In this document: one piece after another, positions 1 through 12,172 of the stretch | Numbering within the stretch: the first letter of the stretch is position 1 | Layout of the letters: each line of letters begins with the position of its first letter | NCBI GenBank assembly: GCA_002269645.1 | Contig: NIVC01003565.1 | Location: forward strand, 1 to 36,867 | From: Macrostomum lignano | Taxonomy: Eukaryota | Reading direction: 5' to 3' | DNA: 36,867 nucleotides | Position numbers and translations under genes: made by a program | The notes under the pieces: generated by a model | What the model was told of the DNA's origin: nothing | Seen by the model: only the letters and a program-made list of their open reading frames with translations | The model's database searches: none

Positions 1-2510
1 CAATCGCACCATCAGATCCCAATCTCACTATCAGATCTCCAATCTCACCATCAGATCTCCAATCTCACCATCCGATTCCTAATCTCACCATCAGATTTCC
101 AATCTCACTATCAGATCTCCAATCTCACCATCAGATCCCCAATCTCACCATCAGATCCCCAATCTCACCATCAGATCTCCAATCTCACCATCAGATCTCC
201 AATCTCACCATCCGATTCCTAATCTCACCATCAGATTCCAATCTCACTATCAGATCCCCAATCTCACCATCAGATCTCCAATCGCACCATCAGATCCCCA
301 ATCTCACTATCAGATCTCCAATCTCACCATCAGATCTCCAATCTCACCATCCGATTCCTAATCTCACCATCAGATTTCCAATCTCACTATCAGATCTCCA
401 ATCTCACCATCAGATCCCCAATCTCACCATCAGATCCCCAATCTCACCATCAGATTTCCAATCTCACCATCAGATTTCCAATCTCACATCAGATCCCAAT
501 CTCACCATCAGATCTCCAATCTCACCATCCGATTCCTAATCTCACCATCAGATCCCCAATCTCACATCAGATCCCAATCTCACCATCAGATTTCCAATCT
601 CACCATCAGATTTCCAATCTCACCATCAGATCCAATCTCACCATCAGATCCCCAATCTCACCATCAGATTTCCAATCTCACCATCAGATTTCCAATCTCA
701 TCAGATTCCAATCTCACCATCAGATCCCAATCTCACCATCAGATTTCCAATCTCACCATCAGATTTCCAATCTCACCATCAGATCCCCAATCTCACCATC
801 AGATTTCCAATCTCACATCAGATTTCCAATCTCACCATCAGATCCCTAATCTCACCATCAGATCCCCAATCTCACCATCAGATTTCCAATCTCACCATCA
901 GATTTCCAATCTCACCATCAGATCCCCAATCTCACCATCAGATTTCCAATCTCACCATCAGATCTCCAATCTCACATCAGATCCCCAATCTCACCATCAG
1001 ATTTCCAATCTCACCATCAGATTTCCAATCTCACCATCAGATCCCCAATCTCACCATCAGATTTCCAATCTCACCATCAGATCTCCAATCTCAGCATCAG
1101 ATCCCCAATCTCACCATCAGATCCCCAATCTCACCATCAGATTTCCAATCTCACCATCAGATCCCCAATCTCACCATCAGATTTCCAATCTCACCATCAG
1201 ATCCCAATCTCACCATCAGATCCAATCTCACCATCAGATCTCCAATCTCACCATCAGATCCAATCTCACCATCAGATCCCCAATCTCACCATCAGATCCC
1301 CAATCTCACCATCAGATTTCCAATCTCACCATCAGATCCCAATCTCACCATCAGATCCAATCTCACCATCAGATCCCAATCTCACCATCAGATCCCCAAT
1401 CTCACCATCAGATCCCCAATCTCACCATCAGATTTCCAATCTCACCATCAGATCCCCAATCTCACCATCAGATTTCCAATCTCACCATCAGATTTCCAAT
1501 CTCACCATCAGATCCCCAATCTCACCATCAGATTTCCAATCTCACCATCAGATTTCCAATCTCACCATCAGATCCCCAATCTCACCATCAGATTTCCAAT
1601 CTCACCATCAGATTTCCAATCTCACCATCAGATCCCCAATCTCACCATCAGATTTCCAATCTCACCATCAGATTTCCAATCTCACCATCAGATCCCCAAT
1701 CTCACCATCAGATTTCCAATCTCACCATCAGATTTCCAATCTCACCATCAGATCCCCAATCTCACCATCAGATTTCCAATCTCACCATCAGATTTCCAAT
1801 CTCACCATCAGATCCCCAATCTCACCATCAGATTTCCAATCTCACCATCAGATCCCCAATCTCACCATCAGATCCCAATCTCACCATCAGATTCCAATCT
1901 CACCATCAGATCCCCAATCTCACCATCAGATCCAATCTCACCATCAGATCCCAATCTCACCATCAGATTTCCAATCTCACCATCAGATCCCCAATCTCAC
2001 CATCAGATCCCAATCTCACCATCAGATTCCAATCTCACCATCAGATCCCCAATCTCACCATCAGATTTCCAATCTCACCATCAGATCCCCAATCTCACCA
2101 TCAGATTTCCAATCTCACCATCAGATTTCCAATCTCACCATCAGATTTCCAATCTCACCATCAGATTTCCAATCTCACCATCAGATTTCCAATCTCACCA
2201 TCAGATTTCCAATCTCACATCAGATCCCCAATCTCACCATCAGATTTCCAATCTCACATCAGATTTCCAATCTCACCATCAGATCCCCAATCTCACCATC
2301 AGATTTCCAATCTCACCATCAGATCCCCAATCTCACCATCAGATTTCCAATCTCACCATCAGATCCCCAATCTCACCATCAGATCCCCAATCTCACCATC
2401 AGATCCCTCACCATCAGATCACCATCAGATCCCCAATCTCACCATCAGATCCCCAATCTCACCATAGATCCAATCAGATCCCCAATCTCCAATCTCACCA
2501 TCGGAACCCC
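1..2510. repeat. 20-bp minisatellite (CCCCAATCTCACCATCAGAT and variants), truncated by the window start
   Basis: Continuous tandem copies of aatctcaccatcagat[cccc/ttcc/ctcc]; lines 1441-1800 repeat with an exact 60-bp period. Confidence 0.98.
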
Positions 2511-3666
2511 AATATCAAGCTTGAAAAAAAGAATATGAAGCCAGAAGTCTAAAAGTTGAGCAAATTTGCATACATCCAAAGCCTGATGCAAGTCTCATTG
2601 GCATTATAGAAAGAGTTGAAATTTTTCTTAATTTTGCTTGACTAACTTAGTTTTTTAGAAGTAGATACTCATTTACTACTATTAGTTAGTAGTACTGTGT
2701 TAATTGTTTTTACGCTCGTTTCTCCTAATCTTTTGTTTTTTAGTCCAATCATCGGATATGATTCACGCAGAATGTGATTCTAAAGAGTCTCCAAAATGAG
2801 ATTTAAGAAAAGCAAGTCATCAAAAGATGAACATTGGGTCAGCCTCCTATCAAAGGCAGTAACAATTTTTGTGCTAAAATAATGAAAACCTCCATCTCCG
2901 TTAAGTATTTTTTCTGTAAAAGCTGCCTCCTAAAATGTTCCAAGAAACGTACGAGCGTCTCGTAGTTTCCCTACTTGAGTAGCCCTTGTTATCAAACTTT
3001 GGGGGAAATTGTATTTGTAAATCAATTTGATTGCGGCAAAGCATCAAATTGAAAGCATGATGAATGCTTCAAATTGCACAGCTTTACTGGGAGAGGAGCA
3101 AGAAAGTACAGCAAACCTGCTCAATTCACTGCCTAAAGGTTAATTTCCCATACGTCAAAATTTAGCAAGTTTGATTGAAATGATTCAAGATACTTGACAG
3201 CCAGTGGGTTTTATTGCAACACACAAAAGTACAAGTTTTGATTACCAGACGGCAGTGAAATATTGCCCGGAATTGTCAATCGTGTATTGATGCAAGGTTT
3301 GAAAATTGCCAAGAATAAAAGCTTTGCAATATTCGTCTGGAAAAAAAGTCGACAAAAATAGAGATAAAAATAATAATCAATCAATCTAAAACGTATTTGA
3401 AATATTTATATCACATGACAAGCTCATTGACAAAATATAAGCATATTTTTGCAAACAAAGCTTCAAAAAGTGACTCCAGACTTCAGCCTGAGCAGTAAAG
3501 TCGAACAAAATAGTGGAGAAAAAAGGGATTTCCGGTGTACCTTAAAGTTCAAGACTCATTCTACTGCACTTATCTGAACAGTTTAAGCCCAGTGCTTCAT
3601 ATGAATAAGGTGAAAATATATTTCAGAGTGCTGTAAATGGGTTTTGTAATCGGCACAGCTAGGACT

Positions 3667-4626
3667 GTGTGCTGGGGTGTGGGGTCAGATGGTGGGGGAG
3701 GGCTGAGTGCTGGGTGTGGGGTCAGATGGTGGGGGAGGGCTGAGTGCTGGGGTGTGGGGTCAGATGGTGGGGGAGGGCTGAGTGCTGGGGTGTGGGGTCA
3801 GATGGTGGGTTGATGGGGAGGGCTGAGTGCTGGGGTGTGGGGTCAGATGGTGCGTTGATGGGGAGGGCTGAGTGCTGGGGTGTGGGGTCAGATGGTGGGT
3901 TGATGGGGAGGGCTGAGTGCTGGGGTGTGGGGTCAGATGGTGGGTTGATGGGGAGGGCTGAGTGCTGGGGTGTGGGGTCAGATGGTGGGTTGGTGGGGGG
4001 GGGGCTGAATGCTGGGTGTGGGGTCAGATGGTGGGGTTGTTGGGAGGGCTGAGTGCTGGGTGTGGGGTCAGATGTTGGGGTTGTTGGGGAGGGCTGAGTG
4101 CTGGGGTGTGGGGTCAGATGGTGGGTTGATGGGGAGGGCTGAGTGCTGGGGTGTGGGGTCAGATGGTGGGTTGATGGGGAGGGCTGAATGCTGGGGTGTG
4201 GGGTCAGATGGTGGGTTGATGGGGAGGGCTGAATGCTGGGGTGTGGGGTCAGATGGTGGGTTGATGGGGAGGGCTGAATGCTGGGGTGTGGGGTCAGATG
4301 GTGGGTTGATGGGGAGGGCTGAGTGCTGGGGTGTGGGGTCAGATGGTGGGTTGATGGGGAGGGCTGAATGCTGGGGTGTGGGGTCAGATGGTGGGTTGAT
4401 GGGGAGGGCTGAATGCTGGGGTGTGGGGTCAGATGGTGGGTTGGTGGGGAGGGATGAGTGCTGGGTGTGGGGTCAGATGGTGGGGTTGGTGGGGAGGGAT
4501 GAGTGCTGGGTGTGGGGTCAGATGGTGGGGTTGGTGGGGAGGGATGAGTGCTGGGTGTGGGGTCAGATGGTGGGGGAGGGCTGAGTGCTGGGTGTGGGGT
4601 CAGATGGTGGGTTGATGGGGAGGGCT
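3667..4626. repeat. G-rich ~45-bp minisatellite (GGTCAGATGGTGGGTTGATGGGGAGGGCTGAGTGCTGGGGTGTGG) with shorter variants
   Basis: Tandem copies are directly visible; the ORFs over it are periodic 15-aa translations of the repeat. Confidence 0.97.
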
Positions 4627-4870
4627 CTGAGCATTCAAATTCGAATTGCTACTGTTATACACAGACAGCATCCGGCTGTGGTTTCAAAGAGCCCATCAAG
4701 CTTGCATGGAACAAAAAAATGAGTCGAACAACTCATTCTTCGATCGTATTAAATAACTCAATGAATTGACGCAGCTTTTTCTGTTTTTGTTTGAATGAAA
4801 TACTACCGAACTAAAATGACCATTTTTTACAACAGAAAACTTACTTTACATGATCATCATGACCTGCTTG

Positions 4871-4916
4871 CAATTGGGAAGATAGGGGAAAACCAATTGG
4901 GAAGATAGGGGAAAAC
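4871..4916. repeat. Perfect 23-bp tandem duplication (caattgggaagataggggaaaac x2)
   Basis: Two adjacent identical copies at 4871-4893 and 4894-4916. Confidence 0.9.
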
Positions 4917-6763
4917 ACAGGTTAAAAAATTAATTTAGACGAGAATCGTTTGCGGGATATTCTGGGCTCAGGCTCACTGAAGTACACACGGCTTCTTGAC
5001 TTTAGCCATATTTCACTTAATCCAGTCTATATCAAACTGAAAAGTCACATCGAATGATGTTCGTACAGCACAAGGTTCTGAAGAGTAAATCATGAAGACA
5101 GGGTCAACAACGCTTGTGCCGAGAGAAGCAGCGCAGAAAGCAGCTTAGGGGAATCAGGGGAGGCGGAAAATTCTCGCAAAAATGCCATCGAATGATCCGG
5201 ACGCCACATCGGGATGCCATGAGTTGCCCGCGGCCAGCTGCACGCGGGGAAGCGGCCTCTGGGACAGGCGATGCAGGGCGGAGGGATTTCTGCAAGCCTT
5301 GCAGCCTCCAGTCGGTGTACACTCGCCCTCAAAGCGCATGTCGCATTGGCAAAGCAATAATTAAAAAGAAGAGTAAAAACTATAGGCATGTAAAAACAGC
5401 ATCTCGCTGTAGCAGGTGTCGCATGCGCTGCCAGCAAAGGGGAAAGCGGTCGGGGGAGTAAAACACCTTTTCTCTGTGATTTAATAACTCCTAAAAATGA
5501 ACTCAAAAAATCTGAGCAGATTGTCGGAACACAAATACTCATTGATACTACTTTTCATTAATATACTACTTATCCACCGATAGTCTCGCATCATCGGATT
5601 AAAGTTGTGAATAAATTCGCTCAAACGATGAGTATAAAATGTTAAACAATAGACAAACTTTATCAAAAGCATTACCTACCTATTTAGGTTTATGCAATAC
5701 GGGACAACGATGCATTTAGAGATAGCATTCTTATTACGCTGTGAAATGTACTGCGAAACGTGATAATGCCATTTAAGCATTGCGACAGCCTACAAAAAAC
5801 AATCTAATAAACGTTTCGGACACTTACTGATAAAGTAATTAGAAATATTACAGCAATAAAGTATTAAAAACCTAGCAAAAACAAGATTAATCGTATTTCA
5901 AACAGAGCTCGTACTACTTACTGCTTAAATAGCTGCAACGCTACTATAAGTAGTAAAATAACGGAAATAACATTTGATGTCAGAAGGGACTTTACAGAAG
6001 AATTACGAATTAGCAAAGGGCTTAAAAATTAGGGACAGAATATTTTACATTATTATTATATGAAAATCGTATGCTAGAATAAATTAACCACAAGATTTAA
6101 TAACAGATTGTGCTATTTGTTTTTTTATTCCTCACCCAACGCGCCCACCTCACTCCGCTGAGCGCTCATTGGCTAAGCTGTAAAGGGCTGGTTTTTTCAC
6201 ACCCACTCCAACCCGCTACGCCAGCTCCCGACTCTCTCAAGTTTTATGGCCTACAAGTTGAAGTTGTTTAGTCTGCAAACAGTTTGGGGACTCGGGGTGA
6301 ATGGTGCGAGCTAAGTAAATTGAGAAGTGGCAGAGTAAAACGCTTATTAAGTTGTAAAGCGGCTATTGGCCATTAAGAGCTCCAATTAAATAATTTGAAT
6401 TAGCACTATATACACATCTTACACATTAACAAATTAACAAAGCTGTCGAAGCACACACTCATTAAAAAGGTACCAAATAATTCTGTGTACATATTTTGAA
6501 AAGATGCCATGGCGCAGTAAAAGGGTTAATTATAAACTAGCTCTAATTAAAACTAAATTTGTCAAAATAGTCGTAATATTTATCTTATTAAAGCCACGAA
6601 GACGGATAATAATCTAATAGCTAGAATACATTGTGACAGGCTGTGTATCCTGAGCAGCAAAAAACAAAACTTAGCCAACGAATTTCGGATCGTATAATTT
6701 GGGTTCGCCTTTACTTCAGGTATTTCGGGTTAGGTATTATAAATCAAAGCTCTAAGCAGCAGA

Positions 6764-7687
6764 TTAGTGACCAGCTCCAGGACTTCCGGCTACGGCAGCG
6801 GTGGCAGCCGCAGGCGGAGCCTTGCTTGTGGCAGCAGCGGCGGCGGCGGCAGCAGCAGCCGCAGCAGCCGCAGCAGCAAGAAAGCGCACCGGACTGGCGC
6901 CAACCGGACTGGCGCCTGGCCAGGTCGGCGTGGCGCCCGGAGTAGCGCGAAAGATGTGCTCAAAGTGGTCGATGCCGGCCGCGCGGGACAGCTTGGCGCC
7001 TGCCGGGCTGGAGTCCCGCTGCAGCTCCAGAATCATCTTGATCGCGTTCGGCGTGTCGTTGCGGCAAAAGTCTATTGGCGAGGACAGGATTGGGCGGAAC
7101 AGGTCGGCGGCTGAGGATCGGCTGTGGTGCATTTGGTGCTGATGCTGGCGCTGACTCTGCTGCTGGAGCTGTTGCTGCTGCTGCTGGTGATGCTGGTGAT
7201 GAAGCTGCTGCCCCTCGTCCCGCTCCTTCAGTGTGCCGTCCCGGCCGGGCACAAGCGGCCGAGGCCGAGGCAGATGACGCAGCTGCGGAGCGGGCATCGC
7301 GGCTGCAGCTGCGGCGGCGGCTGCGGCGGCGGCGGTGGCGGCGCTGGCTTTGGCTGCCGTAGTTCCCGCAGTTTGGCTGCCAGCTGCGACTTCCAGCTCG
7401 GCGGTAGGGGTGACGATCACAACGGCGGAGCTCGGGGGCGGCGCTGGGAGCGCATCGACATTCGCTGTGGTCGAGGAGGCCCCGCCCGAGGAGGTCGAGG
7501 CGCCGCCGCAGACCGGCGAATCGCTGGATCGTCGGCTGCCGCCGCCTTCGCCGCCTCCGCTGTTCCCGCCGCCGTGAATGGAGGACACGGACGAGACAGC
7601 AGCGGCGGAAGCCGATGCGGAAGCGGAAACTACTGAAGAGGCTCCGGCGAACGGAAAGGCCGTGAAGTTCAACTCCGAGGTCATCGG
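6764..7687 (-). CDS. NFI: NFI-like transcription factor, last coding exon (low-complexity Ala/Gln/His/Ser-rich tail, TAA stop)
   Basis: Acceptor ttttctcag|CCG at 7687 is phase 0, matching the upstream donor. The 924-nt frame is open to TAA at 6764-6766, with GC-rich codon usage like the other exons. Confidence 0.8.
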   Translation of the reverse strand, partial: PMTSELNFTAFPFAGASSVVSASASASAAAVSSVSSIHGGGNSGGGEGGGSRRSSDSPVCGGASTSSGGASSTTANVDALPAPPPSSAVVIVTPTAELEVAAGSQTAGTTAAKASAATAAAAAAAAAAAAMPAPQLRHLPRPRPLVPGRDGTLKERDEGQQLHHQHHQQQQQQLQQQSQRQHQHQMHHSRSSAADLFRPILSSPIDFCRNDTPNAIKMILELQRDSSPAGAKLSRAAGIDHFEHIFRATPGATPTWPGASPVGASPVRFLAAAAAAAAAAAAAAAATSKAPPAAATAAVAGSPGAGH

Positions 7688-8028
7688 CTGAGAAAAGGAT
7701 GGAATAAAAGAACAAGTTAATGAGCCGGTAACTCTACTTAGAGTAGTAACTGATTTGTCTAATTTCAATGAGTGGCTTCCATGGATTTGAAAAAAAACTG
7801 ATTTTTGCTAACGCCTAACGTTTTGTCCGCCAATGATCCTCGAGCAGGGCGTTTAATCGAAAATCGATTGAAATTTCACGTTACAGAAACGAACAGTTTT
7901 TTTGTTTAAAACGAATTTTATGCTTATTTTCTTGAAAAAGCTATAGAAAAAAAGAGTGCAAATGCCTGTTTAAGATGATGCAATGCATACACGCTGTGAA
8001 TTCTATTTGCGATTTGGCGAGCACTCAC

Positions 8029-8309
8029 GCTTCTGCAGTAGGGCGAGCCACGCAGCGAGTGCAGCGAAGCCGCCGCGGCCGATAGCGGCTCCTTGGCGGC
8101 GTCGCCGGCTGGCAGGCCGGTGATCTCCGCCACCTCCGCCTCCGTCTGGCTGTTCTGCTGGCGCAGCAGGCGCAGCCGGCGGCGCTGCTGCTGCTGAGCG
8201 GCGGCGTCTGCGCCAGCGTCTTCTTCGTCGACGTCAACGTCAACATCGTCGGCAGCGGCAGACGTCGACCCGCTGGTGTCGGCAATTGAATGGCCGCTTT
8301 TGGCGTGCT
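8029..8309 (-). CDS. NFI: NFI-like, internal coding exon (acidic, Gln/Arg-rich)
   Basis: Acceptor gttgcag|AG (phase 1), donor AGC|gtgagt (phase 0); frame open throughout. Confidence 0.75.
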
Positions 8310-8496
8310 CTGCAACGGAATTTGATCGATTAACAGGCAAATGTATTTGCTTGCTGACTGGCTGGTTGGTGATTTGATGACTTTCTAAATAAAAAGTTGA
8401 TCCAGAAAAGTTCACATCACTCGACGGAGTGAATGATCACTGAAGTAAACTAATAATTGATCTTTTGTTTCAGCAATCGTCTCTAATCGCACTCAC

Positions 8497-8877
8497 TGAA
8501 CACGGCAGCAGCTTCAGCGCCTCGCCGCTTCCTGGCTGGCGGTCGATCAGCCTCCTCGTTGTCCGCCTCATCGCCGGCAGGTTCGCCGCCATCATCGCTA
8601 TCATCGCTGTCCTCCGGCCCATCGTCTGCCTCCTCCTCATTGTCGTCAATGCGTGTCCTCTTGTGGGCGCGCCGTCTGCCGCCGCCGGCGCCGCGGACAC
8701 AACGGCGCTTGGCCGCCGGTCCACCTCCGCCGCGCCGATGGTCGAGCTGGCGCCGGCCGGTAGCCAGGGAGTCCTGGTAGGCGGCCCACACGGCTGGGTA
8801 GCTGTCGCGCACGAAGGCGGCGTCCTCCGGCGACAGCTGGTAGCGGTCGAGCAGCGGCGGTGGCACGGACATCGAGG
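8497..8877 (-). CDS. NFI: NFI-like, internal coding exon (basic NLS-like motifs PAAKRR, HKRTR, PPARKRR; acidic stretch)
   Basis: Acceptor cccgcag|CC (phase 1), donor TTC A|gtgagt (phase 1); frame SMSVPPPLLDRY...AAAVF is open. Confidence 0.78.
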
Positions 8878-9212
8878 CTGCGGGTTTCGCATTGAAGGTT
8901 GTGACGGCGTCGTGGAAAATGTGGATTTTTTCAGAAGCCCGACATGTTCAGTGAGATTTTTTTAAAATATGACTCTTCAGGTACTGCCCACAAGCTTCTA
9001 CAGTTGTGCGGGATGGCAGGTAGGAAAAACAAACTGTTTTAATGAGTTAAAAGTTAACGCTTTTTCTTAAGTACAGGACGCTTAGAACAAAATAATTTCA
9101 TAACTCTTTTTCAAAAGCTCAGGATAATAGCTACTCGTAGATTGTATCAGAGATTTTTGCCTACTATTCAAAGTAGCAAGACAAGCATGTGATGCAACTT
9201 TATTAGTGTAAA

Positions 9213-9310
9213 TACAAAATGGCTGCTAAAAGGCTGCGGTTTAATATCCGCTGACTGAAAACTCAGAAACTGGTCTTGGACTGGCGTGAGTTCGAATCTC
9301 ACTTTTGAAG
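9213..9310 (+). pseudogene. Degenerate type-II (Leu-like) tRNA-derived sequence or SINE head
   Basis: T-arm GTGAG-TTCGAAT-CTCAC is perfect, and GCGTGAGTTCGAATCTCACTTTTGA resembles the tRNA-Leu 3' end. The tacaaaa/ttttgaa acceptor stem pairs 6/7. The D and anticodon arms are disrupted. Confidence 0.4.
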
Positions 9311-10443
9311 ACGTATGTGAAAGGTCTGGGTTTTCTTAAAAGTACGTTTGGGACAAGCTATGGATATCGAGAAAAAGAGCTTGTCGTAAATACTCAAGTC
9401 GTAAATGGTGGTCGCTTTCTAAGAAAAGTAATTGGTCCTTCATGCACTTTGGGTGCGCCTCTTGGGTTATGAAATTATCGAGGCCTATAGCTTCGGAGTG
9501 AACGAGTGTTTTTCTCACACGCGCTGAGTTCCTCGTTTGAGTTTGGTGCTGCCAAACTTCACGGGGTGAAATCAGCAAAGTTGAGCCTCATATAAATATT
9601 CGCCAGAGAGTTATGGGCAACCCCTCGGTGACATCAACGCAACCACCGCTGATGCAACTTCAAAATGAATGACAAAGGACCGCATAGAAGAGCAGACTGG
9701 AAAGTCCTGTTAATTATTCCTGAAAACCAGTTGGGAAGAGAACCCCACAAAGCAGCTGGGAATTCAGACTGCTGTCCAGTCTCGGGTCATCCGTCAAGTT
9801 AAGGATTTCGCCAGCCCCAGGTAAGGTCGGGTTCCCATAGCAGCTGGTCCCGAGCGGGGCCATAACTCCTGCCTCACAGATCGCCACACCAAGATGCTGA
9901 AGTGTTTCTTCAAAATGCAGTCAAAACTATTGCTGTCACGGAAGCATCGTTAATAGAATTCCGTAACAAGACAAAGACTCAGACACTGCGGTGACCGCAG
10001 ACGGCATTCCGAATTGTCGATTGTCAAAATTCCTCGGTGTCAATTTTTCCCCTCCTTTGCTTCCCCTTCAAATCCCACTAATTTACAATCCTCACAGATT
10101 AGGCGGCGGCAACCCGGTATGGGGGCGGGGCAGCGTCACCAGGTAGTTGGGTAATTCTCTCCTGCCTATTAAGCGTTGCAGTCTTTGTAGCAGGGGGGCT
10201 CTGAGACCAAGATTTATTGCGCCCCAACTGCGAGTATTTAAGTAGATTGCTGCGGTCTCGGAGTGGCGGGGATCGCATGCAGAGCAACAAAGACTAATTG
10301 AAAGCCTGTAAACGCGTTTTGTTTGTTGATCTTTTAACAGCTCGACTGTCAGCTGATTCATGCTTGATACTTGTCCACTCTCTCGTTACCCTTGTATATA
10401 AATCCCATTCGCTTTGCTCCTGAGCTTCCAAGTTTACACATCT

Positions 10444-11686
10444 AAGCTCTCCTCCCCACTCCTCTCACCTGAGCTCTCCTCCCCACTCCCCTCACCTGAG
10501 CTCTCCTCCCCACTCCCCTCACCTGAGCTCTCCTCCCCACTCCCCTCACCTGAGCTCTCCTCCCCACTCCCCTCACCTGAGCTCTCCTCCCCACTCCCCT
10601 CACCTGAGCTCTCCTCCCCACTCCCCTCACCTGAGCTCTCCTCCCCACTCCCCTCACCTGAGCTCTCCTCCCCACTCCCCTCACCTGAGCTCTCCTCCCC
10701 ACTCCCCTCACCTGAGCTCTCCTCCCCACTCCCTCACCTGAGCTCTCCTCCCCACCCATTTCCCCTCACCTGAGCTCTCCTCCCCACTCCCCTCACCTGA
10801 GCTCTCCTCCCCACTCCTCTCACCTGAGCTCTCCTCCCCACTCCCCTCACCTGAGCTCTCCTCCCCACTCCCCTCACCTGAGCTCTCCTCCCCACTCCCC
10901 TCACCTGAGCTCTCCTCCCCACTCCCCTCACCTGAGCTCTCCTCCCCACTCCCCTCACCTGAGCTCTCCTCCCCACTCCCTCACCTGAGCTCTCCTCCCC
11001 ACTCCTCTCACCTGAGCTCTCCTCCCCACTCCCCTCACCTGAGCTCTCCTCCCCACTCCCCTCACCTGAGCTCTCCTCCCCACTCCCCTCACCTGAGCTC
11101 TCCTCCCCACTCCCTCACCTGAGCTCTCCTCCCCACTCCTCTCACCTGAGCTCTCCTCCCCACTCCCCTCACCTGAGCTCTCCTCCCCACTCATTTCCCC
11201 TCAGCTGAGCTCTCCTCCCCACTCATTTCCCCTCACCTGAGCTCTCCTCCCCACTCCGCTCACCGGAGCTCTCCTCCCCACTCATTTCCCTCAGCTGAGC
11301 TCTCCTCCCCACCCATTTCCCCTCACCTGAGCTCTCCTCCCCACCCATTTCCCCCCACCTGAGCTCTCCTCCCCACCCATTTCCCCTCACCTGAGCTCTC
11401 CTCCCCACTCATTTCCCCTCACCTGAGCTCTCCTCCCCACTCATTTCCCCTCACCTGAGCTCTCCTCCCCACTCATTTCCCCTCACCTGAGCTCTCCTCC
11501 CCACTCATTTCCCCTCACCTGAGCTCTCCTCCCCACTCATTTCCCCTCACTTGAGCTCTCCTCCCCACTCATTTCCCCTCACTTGAGCTCTCCTCCCCAC
11601 TCATTTCCCCTCACTTGAGCTCTCCTCCCCACTCATTTCCCCTCACCTGAGCTCTCCTCTCCACCCATTTCCCCTCACCTGAGCTG
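10444..11686. repeat. 27-bp minisatellite (CACCTGAGCTCTCCTCCCCACTCCCCT) changing to a 32-bp variant, in an NFI intron
   Basis: Tandem copies are visible, with an insertion variant (actcatttcccct) from about 11180. Each unit contains GAGCTC. Confidence 0.98.
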
Positions 11687-12172
11687 CCCTAAATAATGTA
11701 AAATTTCCTGACAATTTATCGCAGCTAAAAGATCATTAGCTAGTTTATCACCAAATCATGTAGACAATTTTTCTGCTTCTAACAATAAACCCAAGCTGAA
11801 GCTTATACTGAGCAGTGGGGGATTAAGCTTGAGTACGTAATGCATGGGATTACTCGTAGGTTGAGCTTGACTCAACACTGGGTTTGGGTTTCGGCGCACT
11901 TACCCCAGCAATCGGCCGCGTGCCTTTGACTGGATTCCAGAGGTGAAAAAACGCAAACGTGTCAGGTAAGATTGTTAAAATGCTGCACAAAAACTTGATA
12001 CCAGTGCCGATTCACTGGCAAGGAACACTTCAGGCAAACATGAGCATTTTGCTTCTTTAAGTAATTTTATAAGACAGAGGTATGAACAGAAAGAAGGTGC
12101 TCCTGGGAATCCTGGGATAGAGGTTTGGGTTCGATTCGATTTTAAACTTGTTCTTGAAGGCCAACAGACTTC

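Noticed and set aside
1-2510. Telomeric or subtelomeric repeat
   Set aside because: The unit is 20 bp and unrelated to TTAGGG-type repeats; lying at the window edge is not evidence of a chromosome end.
2940-3300. Coding remnant in the AT-rich spacer (IESMMNASNCTALLGEEQ...)
   Set aside because: Short open stretches interrupted by stops, with no recognisable motif.
3744-4769. ORFs over the 45-bp array (and likewise at 10414-11408, 12575-13367, 14057-14590, 17192-17983, 26032-26635, 32427-32657, 35619-36185, 36313-36786)
   Set aside because: These are periodic translations of minisatellites lacking stop codons, and several lie within introns of reconstructed genes.
6643-7636. Plus-strand ORFs antisense to GC-rich exons (also at 8465-8965, 12148-13167, 15019-15377, 16114-16682, 24767-26158, 30180-30555, 31374-31718, 32657-33249)
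   Set aside because: They are shadows of GCN/CAG-rich coding on the opposite strand; the minus-strand frames carry the family motifs and phase-consistent splice sites.
10092-10180. Extra minus-strand NFI exon (GRRELPNYLVTLPRPHTGLPPPN)
   Set aside because: A phase-1 acceptor exists, but the available donors are phase 0 or 2 and would break the frame of the next exon.
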